This document shows positions 37,753 through 48,471 of a stretch of DNA of 64,000 bases, one piece after another (position 1 is the stretch's first letter; each line of letters opens with the position of its first letter). The DNA is from a virus. Its lineage: Duplodnaviria > Caudoviricetes. Where the stretch lies: IMG/VR virus record IMGVR_UViG_3300027804_002812, positions 262,292 through 326,291 of that record. One strand, given 5' to 3'. Position numbers and translations under genes: made by a program. The notes below the pieces were generated by a model, which saw nothing but the letters and a program-made list of their open reading frames with translations, was not told the origin of the DNA and ran no database searches.

Positions 37753-40700
37753 TTAACATTGTGTTGATGATAATCCGATTACAACTCCCGATCCATTCAA
37801 GTCCCAATTCGCTCCTTGGTGGAATACATATATTTGACTAACCACTGTTGTTAAAGTTGAATCTGTATATAATATACATCCAGCGCTAATTGTTTGGCAA
37901 TTCGAATACAATGTTTTCGGATTAATAATAGCGTCAGAACAAGCATCAAACACACTTATGTCACTCACACCACTGTTTCCAAATGCCCCAATGTTTCCTG
38001 TAGCACAAGTCTCACAATTAGAATAAGTTTGACTCGGAACCCCTGTGAAATAATTCCCTCCAAAGTTTATCGGTGTAACTTTTGGTGATGGTATATAGGA
38101 TGTATTAAACTGTCCAACAAAGTACCAACAATTTCCGTCATTATCTTTGAATGTTTCATTCACTGCAATTGGGAAAGATATTGGTTGAGTTTGAATAACT
38201 TGAGTTATTGTTCCTCTTCCTCCGCCGATACGATTACAAGATTGATAAACGTATAGGTAGTTAGGAGTTGCCGATGGTGACGCAGTTATAGATGGTGTTG
38301 GAGTGTTTGTAGCGGTTGGAGTTCTAGTTTGAGTTGGTGTAGGTGGAGGTGTGGTTCCAACGGTTGCCGTCTGAGACGGTGTCGCGGTTTGTGTTGCAGT
38401 TACACTTGGCGTAATACCCGCAGTTGATGTTGGAGTGTTAGTCGGTGTTGATGTCGTAGTTGGTGTAGGTGTTGGAACATTACTACAGAATTCACATGAA
38501 GAATAAATTTGTACAATACTTCCAAGAGTACTATTAGATGACAAGTTACTATCATCTCTCGTATATACAACACAACGATTTACTCCGTTAACTTGTACAA
38601 ACATTGTCATACCAATTGATACAGGTGTACCCGCAAATGATAATGAATCTGTGGTATAGAATTCTTCACCCGTATTACATTCAGTCAATACTTTTACAGA
38701 TACACAACTGAATGTTTCATCTAACATTTCAAATGTTACATTACCTCCAATAGACACTGTTCTTGTAAGTGTCACCGAAGGAGTCAAGGTTACAGTTGGT
38801 GTCGTAGAAGTATAACCACTTAATGTAAAGTTTATTCCAACTCCACTACAGAAGTTACCTGTTGGAGATGGTGTTGGAGTAACACCGAATGAGCTTATTG
38901 TGAAATTAACATCATTACAACCAATACTCGGAGTTGGAGTAACTGGTGGAACGTAAGCACAATCGAAATACGCATTGAAATCAAATGTTGAACAATCAAC
39001 TCCAGTAGGTGTTGGAGTTGGACAAATCCCGCCATTGAAATCATTTGCAGATATATCAGGACATTGCGAATAACATGGGTAAGAACCTCTTAATAAACAA
39101 GTTCCTCCTGGAGTTGCTCCACTAGCTAAACACCAGTAATCACCAGTATAATAGATAACCGCTGAAGTTATTCCATCTCCAGAATAATAAATTCTTGAAT
39201 TATATGTTCCGGCAGATTCATAGTTTCCATTGTATCCTGAAAAAGAAGGTAAAGTTGTATAGAAACAAAAATCAGTGAATGCACATGCTGAAGGTGAAGG
39301 TGATACGGTTGGTGTTTGAGTCGGAGTCGGTTGTGGTGTGTTAGTTGGCGTTGGAGTCGGAACACAGAATGAACAATCATCAAAATCGGGGTCACCGAAG
39401 TCAGGGCCACCAGGTCCAGATAATTCAACAAAACTATAACACTCACCGTTGTAAAGATAAGCGGCTCCAACAAATGCAGTATCCTCATTTACATTAGCGT
39501 AGAAAACATCCCCATTTGAACACTTGGTTAATAATGCAGCAGTCACAGCTGTTCTTGGACACAGAGAATCCGCACATGTTGGAACTTGTGTAAATGTAAC
39601 ACCAAGGGAGTTATATATCGTACCGACAGTAAATCCACTTACGATTGTGGCACATCCTTCGAATTCAACACTACCAGTAATATAGTAAGTGTTTCCAATT
39701 ACAGTAGGAATACTTGGTCCTCCGAATCTGAATATGTTTGAACCATTTGTACAATCTTGAAATTGTACAACAATACTATTCGTTGGCGTCGGTGTTTGTG
39801 TTTGTGTTGGAGTCTGTGTTGAAGTATTAGTTGGAGTTTGAGTCTGTGTTGAAGTATTAGTTGGAGTTTGAGTCTGTGTTGAAGTATTAGTTGGAGTTTG
39901 AGTCTGTGTTGAAGTATTAGTTGGAGTTTGAGTCTGTGTTGAAGTATTGGTAGGAGTATTCGTTGGAGTTTGAGTCTGTGTTGAAGTATTGGTAGGAGTA
40001 TTCGTTGGAGTCTCGGTAGGAGTCACAGTAGGCGTGTTTGTGGGTGTTTCAGATGGAGTTTGTGTTGGAGTTTGTGTTGGTGTTTCAGTATTAGTCGCCG
40101 TCTGAGTTGGTGTCTCAGTCGGAGTATTAGTTGGAGTCTCACTCGGAGTGTTTGTCGGTGTCTCTGTTGGAGTTGGTGTCTGAGTTTCTGTCGCAGTAGG
40201 CGTTAATCCAACCGTAGCTGTGGGGGTCGAAGTTTCAGTTGGAGTCGGAGTTTGAGTTGGCGTCTCTGTAGGGGTTTCTGTTTGTGTTGCGGTTGGGGTT
40301 GGGGTCAATCCTTCAAAACATCCACCGCAGAAACTTTCATCAACTTGAATAATAGTCAATCCAACCGATGCCGTAACACTCCCTAAAATTGCACAGAAAT
40401 ATCCTGTACCACCAGGATATGGAACGTTAGTTATAGATTGAGAAACGTGATTACAATTCAAATAAGTTATTGTATTAACACCAGAAGGATCTCCATCATT
40501 CGTATATTGATAACAAACACATCCATCCGCAGAAGGTGTTATTGTGGGAGTTGCGGTAATTGTGGGAGTAGGACTTGGAGTTTCACTTGGTGTTACTGGC
40601 GGAGTTTCAGTTGGAGTTGGTGTAGTTCCGACTGTTGCCGTTGGAGTTGGGGTCACGGACAAACAACACTCAGTTAAAGTTTGACTGACTGTAGAAACAG

Positions 40701-40947
40701 GCCCAACTATTTGAGTATTATTTTTATAGTAATAAATGTTAGGTGAAGGAGAACCTGTAGTATCAATACAAAGGTCATTCAAAAATGTACCCGAAAGTGT
40801 ATAAAGTTCTTGTTGTGAGTTTCCACTACAATCAATATAATCGACGTATACTGTGCCATCAAACTTACCAGGGTCGGTATTCCCCGTTGAGTCATCCAAA
40901 TCTAATTGGTCGATAATTACATCATAATAGAAACACGTACACGCCAT
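37753..40947 (-). CDS. Large mucin-like virion protein: Cys modules joined by long Thr-Pro linkers
   Basis: 1064 aa; repeated Y/F.DC.G modules; T/P/Q/E/N/S tract at about residues 217-389; TATTTATA 18 nt upstream. Confidence 0.75.
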   Translation of the reverse strand: MACTCFYYDVIIDQLDLDDSTGNTDPGKFDGTVYVDYIDCSGNSQQELYTLSGTFLNDLCIDTTGSPSPNIYYYKNNTQIVGPVSTVSQTLTECCLSVTPTPTATVGTTPTPTETPPVTPSETPSPTPTITATPTITPSADGCVCYQYTNDGDPSGVNTITYLNCNHVSQSITNVPYPGGTGYFCAILGSVTASVGLTIIQVDESFCGGCFEGLTPTPTATQTETPTETPTQTPTPTETSTPTATVGLTPTATETQTPTPTETPTNTPSETPTNTPTETPTQTATNTETPTQTPTQTPSETPTNTPTVTPTETPTNTPTNTSTQTQTPTNTPTNTSTQTQTPTNTSTQTQTPTNTSTQTQTPTNTSTQTQTPTNTSTQTPTQTQTPTPTNSIVVQFQDCTNGSNIFRFGGPSIPTVIGNTYYITGSVEFEGCATIVSGFTVGTIYNSLGVTFTQVPTCADSLCPRTAVTAALLTKCSNGDVFYANVNEDTAFVGAAYLYNGECYSFVELSGPGGPDFGDPDFDDCSFCVPTPTPTNTPQPTPTQTPTVSPSPSACAFTDFCFYTTLPSFSGYNGNYESAGTYNSRIYYSGDGITSAVIYYTGDYWCLASGATPGGTCLLRGSYPCYSQCPDISANDFNGGICPTPTPTGVDCSTFDFNAYFDCAYVPPVTPTPSIGCNDVNFTISSFGVTPTPSPTGNFCSGVGINFTLSGYTSTTPTVTLTPSVTLTRTVSIGGNVTFEMLDETFSCVSVKVLTECNTGEEFYTTDSLSFAGTPVSIGMTMFVQVNGVNRCVVYTRDDSNLSSNSTLGSIVQIYSSCEFCSNVPTPTPTTTSTPTNTPTSTAGITPSVTATQTATPSQTATVGTTPPPTPTQTRTPTATNTPTPSITASPSATPNYLYVYQSCNRIGGGRGTITQVIQTQPISFPIAVNETFKDNDGNCWYFVGQFNTSYIPSPKVTPINFGGNYFTGVPSQTYSNCETCATGNIGAFGNSGVSDISVFDACSDAIINPKTLYSNCQTISAGCILYTDSTLTTVVSQIYVFHQGANWDLNGSGVVIGLSSTQC
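39811..40011. repeat. Coding tandem repeat: four perfect 30-nt units plus about two 42-nt units
   Basis: AGTCTGTGTTGAAGTATTAGTTGGAGTTTG at 39811, 39841, 39871 and 39901, then a 42-nt variant twice; encodes [10 protein letters not shown]. Confidence 0.95.
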
Positions 40948-40965
40948 AAATTTTTTAGCTTACAA

Positions 40966-41053
40966 TATAAATAACCAGACATCAGGTTTTTATACATCCA
41001 ATAATATAGTTTTGTTGAAAACTAAATAAAGTAGTATCTCGATAATATTTATA
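40966..41053. promoter_or_regulatory. Divergent TATTTATA motifs serving the fibre operon (-) and the glycosyltransferase operon (+)
   Basis: - strand TATTTATA at 40966-40973; + strand TATTTATA at 41046-41053, 5 nt before ATG 41059. Confidence 0.55.
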
Positions 41054-41058
41054 GTTGT

Positions 41059-41229
41059 ATGAAACTTCTAAACACAATTCAAAATATTATTAAAGAGGCT
41101 GAAGAACAATATAACAATGCCTGTGATTCATGTGTCCCTGTTGAAGAATTGGACAGACTTGAAAAACGCTACAAAGATTCCCTCAAACTACTGAAGTTAT
41201 ACCAGTCTGAAGAAAAAAAGAAACAATAA
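41059..41229 (+). CDS. Small 56-aa protein with CxxC
   Basis: Below cutoff: MKLLNTIQNIIKEAEEQYNNACDSCVPVEELDRLEKRYKDSLKLLKLYQSEEKKKQ*. Confidence 0.65.
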   Translation: MKLLNTIQNIIKEAEEQYNNACDSCVPVEELDRLEKRYKDSLKLLKLYQSEEKKKQ

Positions 41230-41282
41230 TTTCAACCCAAGTCAATAGATTTTTTTGAAAACCTTTCATATATTCTAACAAT

Positions 41283-42224
41283 ATGAAAGACCCACTTTTG
41301 GATTTACACCTTTGTAGAGGACTTGGAGATACTATTTGTTCAACCCCAACTTTACGTAAATTATTTTTTGCATACGGAAAAAAAATATCCGTATTAACTG
41401 AACACCCCTATATTTTTAAGAACAATAAATACGTTAACAAGATTTTTAATTCTTCAGAAACTACTCGAGAAAGTTTAGAAGAACAATATGAATTGTTAGT
41501 CAGTTTTGCACCAAATTTAGAAAATGCATATAAATTAGGGCTACGTCATAATGTAATGGACATTCGGCAGTTTCACTCATCAGGATTGGGGTTTCAATTA
41601 TTACCTGAAGAATGTACCGTAGAATATACTCCCGATGAATGGGAACCAATTGAAAATCTTCCTGATAAATTTGTTTTAATACATCCAGTACAAAGTTGGG
41701 CGGCAAGAACATGGGACGCGGATAAATGGAAACTATTGTCCAATATGTTGAACGACAATGACATTGCCGTTGTATCCGTTGGAAAGTCCTCGAGTGAAAT
41801 AGGATTTCATATGGTTCAAAAACCTGTTTTCGATTTTCCTATAAAGTTGGGATTAAACCTAATGAACCATACCACCATTTCACAAACATGGTGGTTAATA
41901 CAAAAAAGTTTGGCATTTATAACGATGGATTCAGGCCTTCTACATTTAGCGGGATCTACAGATGCAAACATTATTCAACTTGGTAGTTCAATAAATTGGA
42001 AACTTAGAGCTCCATTCAGGAATGGACGACAAGATTATAAGTACCATTATGTTGATGGTGATTGTAAAATTGCTTGTGCCTCAGACATGAGATATGGTGT
42101 CAGAGAATGGAACTCCATACGTGGAATTCCACCATTGGTTAATTGTTTAGAAAATAAAAAAGAATTTGTTTGCCATCCGAATGTGTCACAGGTATTCAAT
42201 AAAGTTAATGAAATAATAAAGTAA
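41283..42224 (+). CDS. GT-B glycosyltransferase, GT9/heptosyltransferase-like, with four C-terminal Cys
   Basis: GLGDTICSTP, FVLIHP....ART.W, ITMDSGLLHLAG; C-terminal CKIAC...C...CHP. Confidence 0.8.
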   Translation: MKDPLLDLHLCRGLGDTICSTPTLRKLFFAYGKKISVLTEHPYIFKNNKYVNKIFNSSETTRESLEEQYELLVSFAPNLENAYKLGLRHNVMDIRQFHSSGLGFQLLPEECTVEYTPDEWEPIENLPDKFVLIHPVQSWAARTWDADKWKLLSNMLNDNDIAVVSVGKSSSEIGFHMVQKPVFDFPIKLGLNLMNHTTISQTWWLIQKSLAFITMDSGLLHLAGSTDANIIQLGSSINWKLRAPFRNGRQDYKYHYVDGDCKIACASDMRYGVREWNSIRGIPPLVNCLENKKEFVCHPNVSQVFNKVNEIIK

Positions 42225-42228
42225 AAAA

Positions 42229-45200
42229 ATGCCAGAAAGTTATAAATTTTTCAAAGAAGAAGTAAAAAATTACTTAATCAATAATGTCTCCCTTTCATCA
42301 AAAATATTAGATGTTGGACCAGGTGTTGGTACTTATTCTGAACTCATACGAAATTTTGGTTATAAAATTGATTGTGTCGAAATATGGGAACCATACGTAG
42401 AAACCTATAACTTGAAAGAAAAATACGACAACGTATTTGTCGGAGATATCATGGATTTTGACATATCTAACTACGATTTCATTATCTTGGGGGATGTTTT
42501 AGAACATCTCCCAAAAGAACAAGGTATGTCTTTGATTCAAAGAATTCATAAATTAGGTAAACAATGTTTAGTAGCAGTACCTTATCAAATGGAACAAGGT
42601 GAACATAATGGAAACATCTATGAAACTCATCATCAGTCCGATTTGACTATACAGTTAATGACAGAAAGATACCCTGAACTAACTATGATTTATTCTAATC
42701 ATTACTATGGATATTATGTCTCTACAGAAAAAATAACTATTGGAACTAAATTTGAAAAATCATTTGTTTTATACTCAACTGAAAATTATTTTGATATCCT
42801 CACAGAATGTGTGAAATCAATTAGAGAGTTCAGTGAACTTCCAATCATTGTTTACCTTATTAATTCAGATAGACAAATTGAAGTCCCCAAGACCAAAACA
42901 ATAAGATGGGATTTACAGATTGATGATTTATCTGATGACTTATACCTAAATCATAATAATAATTTTTATATTGATAGAAAAAATCCAACAATCTATAAGA
43001 TTCTAATTCAAAGACCATTAATCGTAAAAGATGCTCTATCAAAATATTCCGATACTATTTGTTATGTTGATAGTGATTCAATTGCAACTCCATTAGTAGA
43101 TACAATATTTTCATATTTCAACCAAACGTCTAATTACCCTTATTTTGTGGAAGGGATTTATGAATTTTTAATACTCAATGGGATAGGAGTCGGAGGCGAG
43201 TTAAATGAAACTTTAGAACATAATGCATGTGAACTTTTTGGAGTAGACCAATCAGTTAGAAAAAATTATAGACAAACTGGCTATTTTATTGCAGGTCAAA
43301 ACACTTATGACTTTTTAGATGAATGGTATTGGATGTGTAATCACCCAAAAATTCTGAATAATATCGGTCATTACACACCATTTAATGAAGAAACAATCGC
43401 AAACGTTTTGCTTTGGAAGTATAATATCCAAGAAGGCCTTCCATATATATATGTCAACGGAACTTTTGACACAATAAATAAAATGTATAATGAAGTAGAG
43501 TACAAAGGAGATGGAATTCGTAATTTTCAAGGAGACTGGCTGAGAGTCCCATATCATAAAGAACACCTTTTGTTTTTTCATGGAGAAAAAAAACCTGAAA
43601 CTATGAGACAAATGGTAGAAGAAATAAAAAAACACAATAACGTATCTGAAGAAATTCAAGTACACTCTCCCGAATCAAATTCAGAAAAACTACGAATTTT
43701 ATTTTTAGCCCCTCACTTATCTACGGGCGGGATGCCAGCATATTTACTCAAAAGAATTGAATCCCTGTCATTACATTATCCATTTATAGAATTTTTCTTG
43801 GCTGAGTTTTGTCAATATTCCACACTATATACGGTTCAACGAGATAGAATAAAAGAAATAGTACCCGAAGAAAGATTTTGGACTATTAATACCTTGAATG
43901 ACCATAATGTTGAGAACTCTATGAAAGTAATTGACCTCATCAAAACTCATTTTATTGATATTGTTCACATAGATGAAATGATTGAAGGTTTTGATTCATT
44001 CAACAAAGTCCCTGACGAACTCAAACATGCTCTATATGACAATAATAGAACTTGGAGAGTTGTTGAAACCTGTCATAATATTTGGTTCGATCCAGAATCT
44101 TCCAAACTATTTCATCCTGACGCTTACGCATTATGTACTCCTTACCACTTGGAAAAAACATTCAAGAAAATGCCTTCACATATGGAAGTTTTTGAATTCC
44201 CAATCGAAAATAGATTTCGATCTAGAGTTGAACAAGTAAGGGCACAAGAGGAATTAGGATTGGACATTTCAAAAGTACACATAATTAATGTTGGACTTTG
44301 GACTTCGGGTAAAAATCAAAGAGAAGGAATTGAAATTGCCAAACATTTTGAAGGAGGAAATGTTGAGTTTCATTTCGTAGGTAATCAAGCATCAAACTTT
44401 GAAAGTTACTGGAAACCCTTGATGTCCGATCTACCATCAAACGTCAGAATTTGGGGAGAAAGAAGTGATGTAGATACATTCATGAAAGCTTCAGATATTT
44501 TGATGTTCAACTCAACTTGGGAATGTAATCCTCTTGTGATACGCGAAGCAGCATCATTAGGTTTGAAAATTATTGCAAGAGACCTTCCACAATATGTCGG
44601 CATGTTTAATGGATTGATTACCCCTCTTACTGATGACATTCCCACAAATGTCAACAATTTACGTAGATTGATTTCCTCAAGTCGTGACTATCAAATTTTA
44701 GATGGTATGACTGAAGAATTTGCAGTAAAACATTATAATCTATATAAATTCTTACTAACTCAAGAACCAAGAAAAAAAACAAAAAGTAATACCAAAGTGC
44801 AGATTAAACAATTTTTTATAAACGAACCTTTCTTGGAAATTGTTGGTCAAAGTGATAGTGAATATGATGTTAAGTTTTTTGACGAGTTCGGTGTCTGTAA
44901 TTATCATAATACGATAAAATCAAACCATTGGATTAAATTAAATCGGAAATACTTTACTAAATGGAATACAAAAATCCTTGAGGATAAAGTTTTAATCTAT
45001 GACGAAACCCTAAATTATGAAAGCAAACGGGTTTTCATAAATTTTGATAGTAGTTCTTTAGGAGATACTGTATCATGGATACCTTATGTCTTAGAATTCA
45101 AAAATACCCATAAATGTGAGGTGATTGTTTCGACATATTGGAACCATTTATTCCGCGAAGCTTATCCTGAATTGGAATTTGTTGAACCAGGAAGTGTTGT

Positions 45201-45861
45201 ACATAATATTCACGGGCAATATAATCTTGGGTGGTTTTATGATAACAATAGAGAACCTACCTTACCAAATACAATTCCGTTACAACAAGCTGCAACAAAT
45301 ATATTGGGGCTACCTTATAAAGAGATTAAACCAAGAATCTCTTATAAAATTCTCGAAAGACCTTATGAAGAAAAATATGTTACAATTGCCACCAACTCAA
45401 CCGCAGGATGTAAGTTTTGGACAAAAGAGGGATGGCAAGGCCTTATCAATTATCTTCATTCTCTCGGATATAAAGTTATCAATGTATCTAAAGAAAACAA
45501 TCGATTTGACAACTGTGAAAAAATAAAAGATACTGCAATGGATTATACAATGAATGTCATCCATCACAGTGAATTCTTCATTGGGTTATCCAGCGGATTA
45601 TCTTGGTTATCTTGGGCAATGGGTAAACACGTTGTGATGATTAGTAATTTCACAGAACCTGACCACGAATTTACTTCTAACTGTACAAGAATAACAAATC
45701 CAAATGTTTGTAACGGATGTTGGAATAGTCCTATATATAAATTTGATAAAGGAGATTGGAATTGGTGTCCAGTTCACAAAGGAACAAACCGACAATTTGA
45801 ATGTCATACATCAATAACACCAGAAATGGTAATAAATAAAATACAACACTTATTAATATGA
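42229..45861 (+). CDS. Four-domain enzyme: SAM methyltransferase + GT-A + GT-B (GT4-like) + TibC/Aah-like protein O-glycosyltransferase
   Basis: ILDVGPGVG (MTase); YVDSDS (DxD); ILFLAPHLSTGG...FNSTWECNPLV..EA (GT4); FDSSSLGDTVSWIPY...FIGLSSGLSWLSW..GK.VVMISNF...CNGCW...WCP...EC (Aah/TibC-like). Confidence 0.8.
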   Translation: MPESYKFFKEEVKNYLINNVSLSSKILDVGPGVGTYSELIRNFGYKIDCVEIWEPYVETYNLKEKYDNVFVGDIMDFDISNYDFIILGDVLEHLPKEQGMSLIQRIHKLGKQCLVAVPYQMEQGEHNGNIYETHHQSDLTIQLMTERYPELTMIYSNHYYGYYVSTEKITIGTKFEKSFVLYSTENYFDILTECVKSIREFSELPIIVYLINSDRQIEVPKTKTIRWDLQIDDLSDDLYLNHNNNFYIDRKNPTIYKILIQRPLIVKDALSKYSDTICYVDSDSIATPLVDTIFSYFNQTSNYPYFVEGIYEFLILNGIGVGGELNETLEHNACELFGVDQSVRKNYRQTGYFIAGQNTYDFLDEWYWMCNHPKILNNIGHYTPFNEETIANVLLWKYNIQEGLPYIYVNGTFDTINKMYNEVEYKGDGIRNFQGDWLRVPYHKEHLLFFHGEKKPETMRQMVEEIKKHNNVSEEIQVHSPESNSEKLRILFLAPHLSTGGMPAYLLKRIESLSLHYPFIEFFLAEFCQYSTLYTVQRDRIKEIVPEERFWTINTLNDHNVENSMKVIDLIKTHFIDIVHIDEMIEGFDSFNKVPDELKHALYDNNRTWRVVETCHNIWFDPESSKLFHPDAYALCTPYHLEKTFKKMPSHMEVFEFPIENRFRSRVEQVRAQEELGLDISKVHIINVGLWTSGKNQREGIEIAKHFEGGNVEFHFVGNQASNFESYWKPLMSDLPSNVRIWGERSDVDTFMKASDILMFNSTWECNPLVIREAASLGLKIIARDLPQYVGMFNGLITPLTDDIPTNVNNLRRLISSSRDYQILDGMTEEFAVKHYNLYKFLLTQEPRKKTKSNTKVQIKQFFINEPFLEIVGQSDSEYDVKFFDEFGVCNYHNTIKSNHWIKLNRKYFTKWNTKILEDKVLIYDETLNYESKRVFINFDSSSLGDTVSWIPYVLEFKNTHKCEVIVSTYWNHLFREAYPELEFVEPGSVVHNIHGQYNLGWFYDNNREPTLPNTIPLQQAATNILGLPYKEIKPRISYKILERPYEEKYVTIATNSTAGCKFWTKEGWQGLINYLHSLGYKVINVSKENNRFDNCEKIKDTAMDYTMNVIHHSEFFIGLSSGLSWLSWAMGKHVVMISNFTEPDHEFTSNCTRITNPNVCNGCWNSPIYKFDKGDWNWCPVHKGTNRQFECHTSITPEMVINKIQHLLI

Positions 45862-46532
45862 ATTTAGAAAACTTTGTTTGGGAACCTAAATGTTATGAAG
45901 GATTCCGAGAAACCGTTGAAAAAGAAATTTTCGTGGATAAAATTTACGAAAGATTTTTTGAAGTTGAAGAGGGAGATGTGGTATTTGATATTGGTGCGAG
46001 TCTTGGTCCATTCACCTATTCTATTTTACACAAAAATCCTTCACAGGTGTTTGCCTTTGAACCAAGTTTTGAAGAATTCAAGACATTAGTTTTGAACACC
46101 AGACATGGAAATGTTACTCACATAAACAAAGGTATTTCCAACACCATTGGAGAATTCGAATTTTCAGAAGTATTTGATGTTTCAGGTAATCATAAACTTT
46201 ATTCAACCACATTTAATAAAGTAATCCAAGATTACAATATTAAAAAAATTGATTTCTTAAAAACTGACTGTGAAACTGGAGAATACGACATTTTCACTTT
46301 GGAAAATTTGTTTTGGATTAAAAATAATGTGAGAAAAATTTCAGGTGAATGGCATTTAAGAGAAGAATGGATGAAGGAAAAGTTCAGAATATTTAGAGAT
46401 GTTTATTTAAGATTTTTCCCTAACTTCAAAGTATATTCATTTGATGGTATTGACATTACTTGGTCAATTTGGAATGAAAATTTTATTCCTTATTACAACG
46501 AAATTATGATTTATATCGATAATAGAAATTAA
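45858..46532 (+). CDS. FkbM family methyltransferase
   Basis: VVFDIGASLG, AFEP, IDFLKTDCETGE. Confidence 0.85.
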   Translation: MNLENFVWEPKCYEGFRETVEKEIFVDKIYERFFEVEEGDVVFDIGASLGPFTYSILHKNPSQVFAFEPSFEEFKTLVLNTRHGNVTHINKGISNTIGEFEFSEVFDVSGNHKLYSTTFNKVIQDYNIKKIDFLKTDCETGEYDIFTLENLFWIKNNVRKISGEWHLREEWMKEKFRIFRDVYLRFFPNFKVYSFDGIDITWSIWNENFIPYYNEIMIYIDNRN

Positions 46533-47338
46533 ATCAAACTACTTGGTACGTAATTTCTGAAGTTTGAATAAATGTGATTCAATAATGATTTTGAATAATT
46601 TTGATTGTGTTTCGGTCCCGGATGAATATTATCAACCGCATCATCTATGAATGACCCATATGTCCCATCAAACCTATTGAACTCATTATGTGTTGTAGGA
46701 ATACCCATCCATCCATTCCACAACCAATTACATTTTTTGGATTCTAAAAAATATTTTATTAAGAGGTGATTTTTATACCAATTCATAAAATCTTGATAAT
46801 CATTCTGAATCGTTGTTAAACTATGTTGGATTTCTCTTCCCTCTTCAGTTTCCTCTGTGTAACCCCACTGTGAAGTTATCATAAATGGTTCTAATCCTCC
46901 ATCTTTGGTGTATAGTTCTCTTCTTTGTGGAGAAGTATACATAATCAAAACTAAATCAGGTTTGATAAAATCATAATAAGTTATCAAACATCTTGATATG
47001 TAATCATTACTTCTCCCTCCCATACCAAAATTATGGTTTACTCCATTCGAAATTAATTTAGAAAATTGAGCCGGCCACGTTTCATCATTATTAACACCAA
47101 CCCCTTCTGTATTTGAGTCCCCAATACTCATTATCTTAAATCCGTCTTTATGAATAGAGTCTCCTCTGAACCCCAATTCATTATATGTATAGGTACATAA
47201 ACGAGTTTTGTCAGATCCAGATGTTTGATACGACTTGTTGACCTTCTCAGATAAATTCCATTTATAGCTCGAAATTTCAAATCCTTCAGGTGTCCAATAT
47301 TTCAAATTATCTACACAGGGGTAATAGGTTTGATTCAT
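46529..47338 (-). CDS. SGNH/GDSL-like hydrolase or O-acyltransferase-fold protein
   Basis: GDSNTEG, NFGMGGRSN, DNIHPG blocks. Confidence 0.7.
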   Translation of the reverse strand: MNQTYYPCVDNLKYWTPEGFEISSYKWNLSEKVNKSYQTSGSDKTRLCTYTYNELGFRGDSIHKDGFKIMSIGDSNTEGVGVNNDETWPAQFSKLISNGVNHNFGMGGRSNDYISRCLITYYDFIKPDLVLIMYTSPQRRELYTKDGGLEPFMITSQWGYTEETEEGREIQHSLTTIQNDYQDFMNWYKNHLLIKYFLESKKCNWLWNGWMGIPTTHNEFNRFDGTYGSFIDDAVDNIHPGPKHNQNYSKSLLNHIYSNFRNYVPSSLI

Positions 47339-48414
47339 TATATTAAAGTTTTAACAGGCGTAATAAATTCTTGTAGGTTACTCCAACTATAATTGTTTGG
47401 TAAGAAAGAATTAACTTCTTTTATAAATTCATTATACTCCGAATGAGATTCATTCCAAATTTGTTCTAATAAAAAATCCTCTTCACTAAATGTACCCCAA
47501 TTAGTTATCTTACCAAAAAACACATTTACCTTTTCACCAAAAATAGAATACATCAAATCGTAGAATAACTTCATTTCTTTATAATTTTTTTGTTGAACTA
47601 CAAATGAAGTTTTTATGGTCCTTAAAGTTGGTATTGTTGAAATAAACTTTAAGTTATCTAATAATATATCCCAATTGCCATTTATTCTTGTTTTTGTTTC
47701 ATAGGTTTCTTTAGTTCCTGCATCAACACTAATTTCACAACTTGTAACATATTGATGTATGTTCGGCATCGATTCCCACATTTCTTTAGTCCAACGTGTA
47801 GCATTAGTGTGTAAGTGAATTGATTTCAGTTTTGGCCATTTGGATTTATCAAAATTTCTTAAAAAATCTCTAAAACCAACTGACACAAATGGATCTCCAC
47901 TACCCGTTATATATAATGTATTCACCTCGTTTCCATATGCATCTTCAATATCTTGTATGTCTTGTTTTACTTTTTTTATTTTATTACTGTCCGCAATAAT
48001 CATATTTAATCGACATGAAGGACATTCAAGATTACAGCTCCTGTCCATTGAAAATTGTACTAACTGTGGCGAAGTTAATTTTCCTTCCTTATATTTTTTT
48101 ATTTTTATATCTAAATTAGAGCTTAATTTATCTTTGTGGTAAAGAGGATAGACTCTACCAACATCTCCAAAGGTTTTCAATTGATGTATAAACGGGCAAT
48201 GATTATGATCACAATATCTATATGACCCATCTAATATACTATCTCGAATATCATTTGCTTCTTCTGAATTCCATGCGTCGTATGGTTTAGTATTTTCAGG
48301 TAAAAATTTAGTTAACCATGACGCACAACATAAAAATCTTTGATGGTCATGAATTTCTATAGAAGTGAAGGGAACCGCACAAATATAATTTTTTAATAAA
48401 TTTTTTTTCACCAT
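47338..48414 (-). CDS. Radical SAM enzyme with N-terminal SPASM/twitch-like domain
   Basis: CAVPF...LCC...C..CP N-domain; CNLECPSC; TGSGDPF, HTNA, ISVDA. Confidence 0.85.
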   Translation of the reverse strand: MVKKNLLKNYICAVPFTSIEIHDHQRFLCCASWLTKFLPENTKPYDAWNSEEANDIRDSILDGSYRYCDHNHCPFIHQLKTFGDVGRVYPLYHKDKLSSNLDIKIKKYKEGKLTSPQLVQFSMDRSCNLECPSCRLNMIIADSNKIKKVKQDIQDIEDAYGNEVNTLYITGSGDPFVSVGFRDFLRNFDKSKWPKLKSIHLHTNATRWTKEMWESMPNIHQYVTSCEISVDAGTKETYETKTRINGNWDILLDNLKFISTIPTLRTIKTSFVVQQKNYKEMKLFYDLMYSIFGEKVNVFFGKITNWGTFSEEDFLLEQIWNESHSEYNEFIKEVNSFLPNNYSWSNLQEFITPVKTLI

Positions 48415-48471
48415 AAAATTATCTCAATTTATTTTTCGTATCTAATAGACACACAGAAATTTTCTATCATT

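Noticed and set aside
39811-40011. 30-nt direct repeats as a CRISPR array
   Set aside because: Units are contiguous with no spacers, in frame within a CDS, and there are no cas genes; the PD-(D/E)XK gene is in a replication context.
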